DNA of 17,831 bases from Armatimonadota bacterium (GCA_034722055.1 JAYENL010000315.1:1-17831); one strand, 5' to 3'. Counted from the first letter of the stretch, positions 1 through 7,744 are shown. Translations and numbers: made by a program. The notes: generated by a model not told the origin, from the sequence alone.

Positions 1-2
1 GC

Positions 3-1247
3 TCGAACGGGCCCAGACTGGTTCGAGTGGCGACGGATGCCTACCACTTCTGGAACTTCATGGACGGGCAGGGCCGGTTCCTTCGCAGCCAGGGGTGGGA
101 CGTGCATGCGGTCGCGCCGCCCGGACAGTTCCTGGAGAAGTTTGCCGAGCGCGAGCAGGTACCCGTTCATGAGGTGGAGATGTCTCGGAGCATGTCGCTC
201 GATCTGCAGGCTCTCAGAGCTCTCCGCCGGATCTTCCGACAGCTTCGCCCCGACATAGTGCACAGCAGCACGCCCAAGGCGGGGTACCTGGCTATGCTCG
301 CGAGCTGGTCAACCGGAGTGCCCATCAGGATCTACCACGCCAATGGCCTCAGATGGTGGACCCTCAACGGTGTGAAGCGCTTCATGGTGATGCAGGGGCA
401 GAAGGTTGCCTGCCGTCTGGCCCACAGCGTGCTGTGCGTCAGCCCCTCGATCCGTCAGGCCATGATTGACAACGGTGTCTGTAGCGCCGAGCGTGCCAGG
501 GTCCTGGCCAGCGGTCACGGGAACGGTGTGGATGCGGATCACAGGTTCAACCCTGACCGGCTCGAACCGGGACTTCGTGAGCGCGTCCGGCAGGAGCTGG
601 GGCTGCCCCGGGACGCAGTGGTGGCGGGCTTCCTCGGCCGCATAGTGGGCGACAAGGGAATCGAGGAGATCATCCAGGCTTGGCTACTGCTGCGCGACGA
701 AGTCCCCCACCTCTACCTGCTGCTGGTTGGCGACTTCGACGAGACCGACCCCGTGAGCTCTGAGACCCAACAGGTTGTGGAGGACGACCCGCGTATCAAG
801 CGGACGGGGTGGGTTGACGAAGTGGTTCCGCTTTACGCCGCAATGGACTTCTGCCTCGTGCCGAGCTATCGTGAGGGGTTCCCCACAATAGCACTCGAGG
901 CCGGCGCCATGGGCCTGCCGCTGGTAACCACTGATGCACTGGGGTGCATCGACGCGGTCGAGGACGGGGTCACAGGCGTGCAGGTTCCGGTTGGAGCTGT
1001 CGAGCCACTGCGGGACGCGATGGTTCAGTACGTGGATGATCCCCAGCTCCGGCTTAAGCACGGCCGGGCAGCCCGGCTGCGAGTGTGCCGTCAGTTCCGG
1101 AATGACATAGTCTGGAAGGCGCTGCATGAGGAGTATCTGAGGCTCGTGCGTGAGAAGGGGCTCTCCCCTCCCCAGCCTATCAGTGACACCACCGCGCAGC
1201 CCGCGGAGGCTCTTCCCCACTTGCCGGTTGATCGCGAGCGACTATAG
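3..1247 (+). CDS. Glycosyltransferase family 4 (GT-B fold) protein, 5' end probably outside the window
   Basis: The frame is open from base 3 (SNGPRLVRVATD...). It contains RPDIVHSSTPKAG, GFLGRIVGDKG and the EX7E motif PSYREGFPTIALEAGAMGLP typical of GT4 enzymes in surface-polysaccharide loci. Confidence 0.93.
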   Translation, partial: SNGPRLVRVATDAYHFWNFMDGQGRFLRSQGWDVHAVAPPGQFLEKFAEREQVPVHEVEMSRSMSLDLQALRALRRIFRQLRPDIVHSSTPKAGYLAMLASWSTGVPIRIYHANGLRWWTLNGVKRFMVMQGQKVACRLAHSVLCVSPSIRQAMIDNGVCSAERARVLASGHGNGVDADHRFNPDRLEPGLRERVRQELGLPRDAVVAGFLGRIVGDKGIEEIIQAWLLLRDEVPHLYLLLVGDFDETDPVSSETQQVVEDDPRIKRTGWVDEVVPLYAAMDFCLVPSYREGFPTIALEAGAMGLPLVTTDALGCIDAVEDGVTGVQVPVGAVEPLRDAMVQYVDDPQLRLKHGRAARLRVCRQFRNDIVWKALHEEYLRLVREKGLSPPQPISDTTAQPAEALPHLPVDRERL

Positions 1248-2129
1248 CTCCTGTCCCGGCGCCTGCGCCCCTGTGTCTCCGCTGTGGCCTTCAAGAGCCA
1301 CACTTGATTCACGGGTCCGGCCGTCCTCGGTGTCCTGCCTTCCCTCCTCCACCAGTACGGCCAGCAGGGTGCGGAACAGGATTGACATGTCCAGCCAGAG
1401 GCTTCGGCGGGCGACGTAGTAGAGGTCAGAGGCCGTCTTGACCCAACTGCTCAGCTCGCAGCCAGCGTAGCCGTGCCTCACCTGGGCCCAGCCGGTGATC
1501 CCCGGCGGCACGCAGTGTCGCGCGTCGTAATGCGGGATCTTCATCCTCAGCCGCTCCACTATAGGAACCTGCTCGGGGCGGGGCCCGACGAGGCTCATAT
1601 GTCCTACCAGCACACTGAAGAACTGCGGAAACTCATCGATGTGGAATCGCCGCATGAAGGAGCCGAACGTGAAGATCCGTTCCTCCTCCTCGTTGGCCCA
1701 ACGCGCCTCGTCGCTGGTCTTCTCGTGCATCGTCCGGAACTTGACCATCGAGAAGGGCTTTCCGTGCAGGCCAATCCGCTTCTGGGTGAAGAACACCGGG
1801 CCAGGGGACTGGAGCTTGATGGCCACCGCGACCAAGGGCAGCAACACCGCGACGACGACCGAACCTATAAGACCTCCCAGTAGATCAACAGCCCTCTTGG
1901 CGACGGAATAGAAGCGTCCACGAGCATTGGTCTTACAGATATCCTCGATATCGCTAAAGGGACACAGCAGCTCCCTCAGGTCATGGCAGTAGGCTGCGCG
2001 CTCCTCAATGCTCTGACATTCTCGCAGCAGTGCGGCAACGTCGCCCGCCACGCTGTTGTCCTCACCCATCGCGTTCATGCAGATAAGGCAGATCTCATCC
2101 GGATTGTCAGGCAGGTCTCCCACAGACAT
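1242..2129 (-). CDS. Bacterial sugar transferase (polyprenyl-phosphate phosphoglycosyl transferase, WcaJ/WbaP/PglC-like catalytic domain)
   Basis: Motifs KRAVD, SPGPVFFTQKRIG, KFRTM, DEFPQ, MSLVGPRP, PGITGWAQV and DLYY. GGAGGG RBS just upstream of the ATG at 2129. Confidence 0.95.
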   Translation of the reverse strand: MSVGDLPDNPDEICLICMNAMGEDNSVAGDVAALLRECQSIEERAAYCHDLRELLCPFSDIEDICKTNARGRFYSVAKRAVDLLGGLIGSVVVAVLLPLVAVAIKLQSPGPVFFTQKRIGLHGKPFSMVKFRTMHEKTSDEARWANEEEERIFTFGSFMRRFHIDEFPQFFSVLVGHMSLVGPRPEQVPIVERLRMKIPHYDARHCVPPGITGWAQVRHGYAGCELSSWVKTASDLYYVARRSLWLDMSILFRTLLAVLVEEGRQDTEDGRTRESSVALEGHSGDTGAQAPGQEL

Positions 2130-2226
2130 TACTGCCCTCCACGCTCTGAGTACCGACCGTCCCTCGGGGGACCGCAGGTGGCGGCTCCGCCTTCGTCAGA
2201 GCCACCCACTTTCCCTTCCGAACGGC

Positions 2227-2256
2227 AGTCTACATTGTTTCAGCTCGCACATACAA
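2227..2256 (-). promoter_or_regulatory. Putative sigma70-type promoter for the sugar transferase
   Basis: Minus strand reads TTGTAT-N18-TAGACT, about 100 nt upstream of the start codon, in a locally AT-richer patch. Confidence 0.4.
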
Positions 2257-2407
2257 GGCGGGCCGGGGGCGGACCCGCTTCGGCGGCCCGGCAGGTCGAA
2301 GTGAGTTGGTCGAAGGCCTCGCTGGCGCTGGCACCTACTATATGGTCCTGTTCCACTGCTCTACGCAGTCCACAAACCTGCGCTCGCTTACCTGCCGGCC
2401 GGCGCCA

Positions 2408-3739
2408 TCACTGAGCGGGCGCCGAGCGCGGCGTGAGCACCTCGATCCCCAAGCGCTCCGCGACACGTGAGATGACCTCGAGATGGTGCCCGTAGACCAC
2501 GATGTAGTGATCGCCCACCAGGCAGCGATGCATGAAGTCCTCCACATCGCCGAGAGCGACCTCGAACCCGCGCTCCGTGGCCACCGTCTCACCTATCGCC
2601 ACGGACAGGCGGCGCAGGCTCTTATCGAATCGGCCGATGGTGACCGGCCGACCGGCCTCGATGGCGCAGTAGGAGGCGACTCCGCCGCGACCGCCGTAGT
2701 CGGTGAGTCTGTAACCCGCCAGCTCACCTCCGGTGCCCTCCATGTCCACCGTGCACGCGGCATGTCCGCCGATCTGCACCGAGCCCCGCTCCCGGTATAC
2801 CCGGCCGATGTTGCCCAGGAACGCCGGGAGGTCCGAGACGTAGGTGAGCAGGCACATGGCCAGCAGCGCGCACAGGTCCGCCTCGCACGCGGCCGGGATG
2901 CCCCGCCACCTGAAGTGCGTCAGGCCCATGCACGGGGAGCAGAAGGTGCCGAACTCCTGGCACGACATCAGGTCCCAGGAGCGGCAGTCCACGGTGAGGG
3001 CATTGGCTGCAGCCTCCTGCAGCATGGTATCCATGGCCAGGTAGAGCTTCGCGCACTGCACGATGTCGCGCCGGGCCTCCTCGGCGACCTCGCTGGCGCC
3101 CTCCAGCCACGCCCGGGCCTGCTCCTGCGCCCGATCCTCATCGGTGGCCTCCCACAGCTCCCGGAGGTCCCGGATGCTGCGCTGGACAATCTCGACGCCC
3201 AGGGCCTCCTCGACAATGCGGGGCGAACCGGGATTGGCCACCTGTGAGTGGGAGGGGTAGCCGTCGCCAATGAGGAGCGCGCGGGTGCCCGCCAGCCTCC
3301 TCTGCGTCCGCAGAACCCGGACCAGCGACGCCAGATCGGCTGCGTCGAGGGCCAGGTAGGCATCGACACCGTCAGCTTTCAAGGCGCCGTAGACGTCGGC
3401 GAAGAACGGCCCAGGGTAGCTCTCTTCGCCGATGAGAGCCACCGGCACCGCCACGGATGCCAGCGCGCGGGCCGCAGTCTTGACCACCAGCAGCTCCGAG
3501 GCGAGGGCGACCACCAGATCGGCGTGGCGCGATGCCTCAACGAGCCGGCCCACATGATCGGGGGAGTTGACCTCGCACAGCTCGAGCCACTCGCCCCCCT
3601 CCCCCTCCACGGCCTCGCGGAGCTCGGGAAGCCGTCGCTGTGCCCGCTCCAGCGGAGTCGGGCGCAGCTCCATTCCCAGCTTCTCCCTGCTCTGCCAGTC
3701 AACGCCGCCGAAGACCACCGGCTGGATCCTCACCTGCAT
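2408..3739 (-). CDS. L-fucose/L-arabinose isomerase-like family protein
   Basis: Segments AKLYLAMDTML, ANALTVDC, PCMG, GIPAACEAD (metal-ligand E/D), GGHAAC and a C-terminal GDHYIVVYGHH. Start reassigned from 3883 to the ATG at 3739, which follows a GAGAGGAG RBS. Confidence 0.75.
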   Translation of the reverse strand: MQVRIQPVVFGGVDWQSREKLGMELRPTPLERAQRRLPELREAVEGEGGEWLELCEVNSPDHVGRLVEASRHADLVVALASELLVVKTAARALASVAVPVALIGEESYPGPFFADVYGALKADGVDAYLALDAADLASLVRVLRTQRRLAGTRALLIGDGYPSHSQVANPGSPRIVEEALGVEIVQRSIRDLRELWEATDEDRAQEQARAWLEGASEVAEEARRDIVQCAKLYLAMDTMLQEAAANALTVDCRSWDLMSCQEFGTFCSPCMGLTHFRWRGIPAACEADLCALLAMCLLTYVSDLPAFLGNIGRVYRERGSVQIGGHAACTVDMEGTGGELAGYRLTDYGGRGGVASYCAIEAGRPVTIGRFDKSLRRLSVAIGETVATERGFEVALGDVEDFMHRCLVGDHYIVVYGHHLEVISRVAERLGIEVLTPRSAPAQ

Positions 3740-3895
3740 TGCCACGGCTCCTCTCTGCGCATGTGTCGGTCGATTCGCGTGCCACTGGCGTGCCCGGCGG
3801 CCTCTCCAACCGCAGTGTTGCCGATCTCTCCCAAGGACCAAACGGGGGCCGCGCTCATCGGCGGTCGCCGAGGATTCCCGCAAGTAGCGACGGGC

Positions 3896-4825
3896 TCAAC
3901 CGCGGCCCATCCAGAAGAACCAGAAGTACCAGTAGACCAGCGGCATGCAGACCAGGATGGCGTCGAAGCGGTCCAGCACGCCGCCGTGAGGGCCAAACAG
4001 CGAGCCAAAGTCCTTGATGTCGAGGTCGCGCTTGAGCACGGACTTACCGAGATCGCCAAGCTGGCCGACGACTCCCATCATGGCCCCCAGCGCCAGGCAG
4101 TGCCGGGCGGGCAGGCCCAGCCAGACGCCGATCACCATGGCGCCGGCGACGGCGGCGAGGAGCCCGGAGACAGCCCCCTCCACGGTCTTGCCGGGGCTGA
4201 TCCTCGGGGCCAGCTTCCTGCGGCCGAGCAGGTTCCCGCCCACGTAGGCGGCGCTGTCACAGGCCCAGACGGAGCCGATGACAAGCAGCAGGGCGCCCAG
4301 CCGGCCCGCCAGCTCGCTCGCCCCCTCGACCTCGGCGAGCGCGGGGATGTCCAGATAGCGCACCCGCAGCACGAAGGACAGCAGCACGCCCACGTAGACC
4401 ACGCCGAACACCGTGGTGGCGGTGTTGACCACCGCGGAGCTCTCCCGCAGCTCGAACTGGGAGATGAGCGTGCCGGCCACGCAGAACAGCAGCACGAACA
4501 GCGTCAACTGCAGCACATCGGCGACGGTCGCCTGCCCCAGGGTGCCGTAAGGGGTGCCGGGGCCCTCCGGCCCGGCCATGAGGCGCATGTCCTCCCCAAG
4601 CTGGGTCGCGAGGAGAATCAGGATGGCGCACAGCCAGCCCAGGTACTTGTCGGGGCGGATCTCCCTGACCTTCAGCGAGGTGTAGTACTCGTTCATGGCG
4701 ATGACCGCGAGGATTGAGACGAAGGCCAGCCACCACCATCCCCCCAGCCAGGCGCTGCCGAACAGGACTCCGAGCAGACCCAGGCCAACGACCGCCCGAG
4801 CCAGCAGCTTGAGCAGGAGCTGCAT
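3896..4825 (-). CDS. cdsA: Phosphatidate cytidylyltransferase (CDP-diacylglycerol synthase)
   Basis: Polytopic membrane protein with WACDSAAY, KLAPRISPGKTVEG and the signature GDLGKSVLKRDLDIKDFGSLFGPHGGVLDRFD. Confidence 0.96.
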   Translation of the reverse strand: MQLLLKLLARAVVGLGLLGVLFGSAWLGGWWWLAFVSILAVIAMNEYYTSLKVREIRPDKYLGWLCAILILLATQLGEDMRLMAGPEGPGTPYGTLGQATVADVLQLTLFVLLFCVAGTLISQFELRESSAVVNTATTVFGVVYVGVLLSFVLRVRYLDIPALAEVEGASELAGRLGALLLVIGSVWACDSAAYVGGNLLGRRKLAPRISPGKTVEGAVSGLLAAVAGAMVIGVWLGLPARHCLALGAMMGVVGQLGDLGKSVLKRDLDIKDFGSLFGPHGGVLDRFDAILVCMPLVYWYFWFFWMGRG

Positions 4826-5032
4826 CGCGATTCTCGTCTCCGGTGAAGGCCCTCGTGACAGGTGGATGCGAAGCGAATACGATCGGGCTGGACGCTGAGA
4901 GCGCAGCGTGGCGCGCTCTCACCTCGCGCCTGACGATACTCATCACGCACAGGCCGACCTGCGTGAGTAATGCCGGCGCCTGCGGCGTATGCCCCGGCAT
5001 CGACCATCGGCTCGGGACGGCCACCGAGGGCG

Positions 5033-5980
5033 TCAGTCCTCCCTCCACCGCCCCCCGGGCCACGGGATGAGCTCGTCATCCTCTTCGGGCGGCCGCCGGC
5101 TCGCGAACACGTGCTCGTAGGCGACCGCGAAGTGACCTCCCAGCACCAGTATCTGAGCGCCCAGGAAGGCCCAGAAGCAGAACACCACGATGTCGGCCAG
5201 GCCCCCGTAGATGGCGCCCTGCCGGTGAGAGGTGCGCAGCACCCAGGTGAAGATCGGTGAGGCCGCATGCCACAAGATGGCCGCGAAGACCCCGGCGACC
5301 AACGCCGCACGTGTGGGCACCCGCTGCACCGGGATGAACTTGTAGAGGATGGCGAAGGCGGCGCACGACATGATGACTCCATAGGCCAGCAGGAAGGGCG
5401 GCGCCAGACGCTCGAGGACGGTGGGATCGATGCTGGAGAAGCGCTGCAGCCATCCGCCGGCGGCCGCCAGGACGGCGCTGAAGAGCGCGAAGCCGCCGAG
5501 CAGCAGGCCGGCCACGAGCATCATGATCAGTGCCACGAGCTTGCGCCCCAGGTAGCTGCGCAGCACCTTGCCGGGCCACAGGCCCGTGAGCGTCCGCTCC
5601 ACCGCCTCGAACAGGTGCATGCCCGCCCACACCAGCACGATGAAGCTCACCACACCGGCGACGTGCGCCCTGGGGCTGGCCAGAAGGTCCATGACATGGG
5701 GCATGACAATGGCTGCGGCGTCGGGGCCGAGAGCCGCCAGCGCGTCCTCGATATGCGTGCGCACCTCCTCACTGCCGCCCAGCAGGAGCTGCGCGGCGCT
5801 GACCAGCAGAATGCCCAGCGGTCCGAGGTACACGAGCGCGAAGAACGCGATGGCCGCGGCCCGGAGCGTCCCGGCCTCGAAGCCGAAGCGGAGGTACGTG
5901 ATGCGCAGCACCCGCCGCCCCTGCGCGAGGAAGCTCACAGCAGACGTTGGGGCCGGACCCCTGACGGAATCCGAGGTCAT
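5033..5980 (-). CDS. YihY/virulence factor BrkB family membrane protein
   Basis: AAAIAFFAL, LYKFIP, GAIYGGLADIVVFCFWAF..AQILVLG pattern with about 6 hydrophobic segments. True start is likely the ATG at 5980; the 6694 start overlaps the opposite-strand kinase. Confidence 0.88.
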   Translation of the reverse strand: MTSDSVRGPAPTSAVSFLAQGRRVLRITYLRFGFEAGTLRAAAIAFFALVYLGPLGILLVSAAQLLLGGSEEVRTHIEDALAALGPDAAAIVMPHVMDLLASPRAHVAGVVSFIVLVWAGMHLFEAVERTLTGLWPGKVLRSYLGRKLVALIMMLVAGLLLGGFALFSAVLAAAGGWLQRFSSIDPTVLERLAPPFLLAYGVIMSCAAFAILYKFIPVQRVPTRAALVAGVFAAILWHAASPIFTWVLRTSHRQGAIYGGLADIVVFCFWAFLGAQILVLGGHFAVAYEHVFASRRPPEEDDELIPWPGGRWRED

Positions 5981-5989
5981 AGTGCGTAG

Positions 5990-6061
5990 TTCCACGGCGA
6001 AGGCGGCGGCCCCTGCCTGCACATGCACATCGCGGCAGGGAGCTGCTCGGGAGCTGTCGAA
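5990..6061. promoter_or_regulatory. Back-to-back sigma-H-like promoters for yihY (-) and the DAG kinase gene (+)
   Basis: Minus: GCAGG(6016-6012)-N18-GGAA(5993-5990). Plus: GCAGG(6035-6039)-N18-CGAA(6058-6061). Confidence 0.55.
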
Positions 6062-6130
6062 CCTGAGGGCCGGCCGAGCACAGTCGATGTCTTTACGACA
6101 TGAGCGCACGCCGCCGGTCGGAGGCCCACG

Positions 6131-7027
6131 ATGCGCGTGATGCTGATCGTCAATCCGAGAGCCGGCCGCGCCAGCGGCGGGGATGCGGCGGCGAGGGCCC
6201 AGGAGCAGCTCCGCGGAGCCGGCTGGGAGGTGACGAGGCGGCTGACCCGGGGGCCGGGTGATGCGGAGCGGCTGGCGCGCGAGGCCGTGGGCGAGGGCTA
6301 TGATGCGGTGTTCGGCTGTGGCGGGGATGGGACTCTCTCGCAGGTGCTGGCCGGACTCCTGGACACCGGGGTGCCGGGAGGCGTCATCCCTGCAGGTACG
6401 GGCAATGACTTCTGCCGCACCGTCGGCCTCAGCCGCGATCCGCTTGCGGCGGCTCGACAGACTCTCCGCGGCGAAGCCACCGACATCGACCTGCTGGAGC
6501 TGGATGGCGGGCGGCTGTGGTCGGTCAACGCGGTAGGTGTGGGATTCGACGCTCGCGTGGCCGCCCGCATGAACCGCCGCGTGCGTGTGACCGGCGGGCT
6601 GGCAGCCTACCTGACGGCTGTGTCGCAGGAGCTGGTGCGGCACCGGCCGACGGAGATGCGGCTCCGGGTGGATGACGCGAGGTGGGAGGGCCAAGCGCTG
6701 CTGGTGGCGGTGGCCAACGGCCGGTCATACGGGGCGGGGATGCAGATCGCGCCGCACGCCCTCATCGATGACGGGCTCCTTGACGTGGTGCTCGTCGGGC
6801 ATCTGGGACGCCTGGAGTTCCTGGCGAACTTCCCGAAGGTGCTGCGCGGCACCCACCTGACTCACCCGGCGGTAACGACCTGGAGGGCCTCTGAGGTCGC
6901 CATCGAGACGCCCGAGCCCTCCCCCATGCTGGTTGATGGGGACGTGCGGACCCAGACGCCAGTGACGGTGCGCGTCGCGCCGGGCAGGGCCAGGTTCTGG
7001 ATGCCCGGCGAGTTGGAGGACACCTGA
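6131..7027 (+). CDS. Diacylglycerol/lipid kinase family protein (YegS/Rv2252/BmrU, DgkB-like)
   Basis: Motifs IVNPRAG, GGDGT, PAGTGNDF, GVGFDA, NGRSYGAG, DDGLLD and VDGD. GGAGG RBS before the ATG. Confidence 0.95.
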   Translation: MRVMLIVNPRAGRASGGDAAARAQEQLRGAGWEVTRRLTRGPGDAERLAREAVGEGYDAVFGCGGDGTLSQVLAGLLDTGVPGGVIPAGTGNDFCRTVGLSRDPLAAARQTLRGEATDIDLLELDGGRLWSVNAVGVGFDARVAARMNRRVRVTGGLAAYLTAVSQELVRHRPTEMRLRVDDARWEGQALLVAVANGRSYGAGMQIAPHALIDDGLLDVVLVGHLGRLEFLANFPKVLRGTHLTHPAVTTWRASEVAIETPEPSPMLVDGDVRTQTPVTVRVAPGRARFWMPGELEDT

Positions 7028-7047
7028 GCGCGGAAGCGTGAGGGCGT

Positions 7048-7629
7048 TCAGCGCCCTGAGGGCTCGGCCTCCGCATCGCCCTCAGGCTGCAGGCCCAGCG
7101 TCGGCCAGTAGCGCCGCTGCAGCGCCACCCACAGCGCTGCGATAGTCACCCCTATCAGCGCCCCGCCCAGCACATCGGAGGGCCAGTGCACCCCGGCGGC
7201 CACCCGGGCGGCGACCATGCACAGGGCCAGCGTCAGCATCGCCGCTCCCCACCGGCCGTATCGGCTGAAGAGCACACCGCCGACGAGGCCGAAGGCAGCC
7301 ACCGCATGGATGCTGGGGAAGGAGTCCGGGCGCACGATCAGCTCGATGTGACGGACCTGCTGGGGGAACACCACGAACGGGCGGTCCCGCGCCACGATCT
7401 GGTTCAGGATCTTCCCGACTCCGATGGCGAGGAATGCGCTCGCCAGCGCGTAGATGAGGACCTGCCTGCCGCCCGGCTTCCTCAGACCCACGTAGAGCGT
7501 CCCCCCGACCAGCACGTACATGAGGCCGGTGGCGACGGCGCGGACGACCAGCTCCCGCGTGAAGGTGTCGGGCCCGAGGTGGTTCAGCGCGAACAGAATC
7601 TGGCGGTCGAAGGCCGCGAGAGCCTCCAC
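7048..7629 (-). CDS. PAP2-family membrane phosphatase (BcrC/YbjG-like, undecaprenyl-diphosphatase candidate)
   Basis: C1 K...RDRPF, C2 SFPSIH, C3 ARVAAGVHWPSD. Start reassigned to the GTG at 7629, which has a GGAGGT RBS 7 nt upstream. Confidence 0.9.
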   Translation of the reverse strand: MEALAAFDRQILFALNHLGPDTFTRELVVRAVATGLMYVLVGGTLYVGLRKPGGRQVLIYALASAFLAIGVGKILNQIVARDRPFVVFPQQVRHIELIVRPDSFPSIHAVAAFGLVGGVLFSRYGRWGAAMLTLALCMVAARVAAGVHWPSDVLGGALIGVTIAALWVALQRRYWPTLGLQPEGDAEAEPSGR

Positions 7630-7717
7630 TGGTCTCACCTCCGCCACGGTCCAGCCCCGTCCGCTCTGCGCAGGGCCGATAGCCAACCTGCGTCCGATCC
7701 AGCAGACCATCCAGGGC

Positions 7718-7744
7718 ATTCCGACATCGGCATCCGCCGCCTGC
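7718..7744 (-). promoter_or_regulatory. Sigma-H-like promoter (proximal) upstream of the PAP2 gene
   Basis: Minus strand GCAGG(7744-7740)-N17-GGAAT(7722-7718). Confidence 0.5.

Noticed and set aside
2150..2245. c-di-GMP-II riboswitch (minus strand GAAACAATG resembles its 5' part)
   Set aside because: The downstream conserved GGGCAC...GTGCAACC elements are absent, and the segment is better explained as a promoter spacer.
3770..3786. Sigma54 promoter (TGGCACG on the minus strand) before the isomerase-like gene
   Set aside because: The -12 TTGC element is missing (the sequence reads TCGA).
4830..4855. Eighth copy of the sigma-H-like motif before cdsA (GAGG-N16-AGAAT)
   Set aside because: The spacer is 16 nt rather than 17-18 and overlaps the likely RBS, so it was not counted.
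5981..6694. N-terminal extension of the YihY ORF to 553 aa (similarly 3740-3883, 7630-7848, 14088-14162, 16558-16668)
   Set aside because: The extensions overlap other genes or promoter-like regions and are low-complexity. Better downstream starts with an RBS or family-typical N-termini exist.
7041..7057. Hairpin AGGGCG/CGCCCT between the convergent kinase and PAP2 genes as an intrinsic terminator
   Set aside because: The stem is short and there is no U-tract on either strand.
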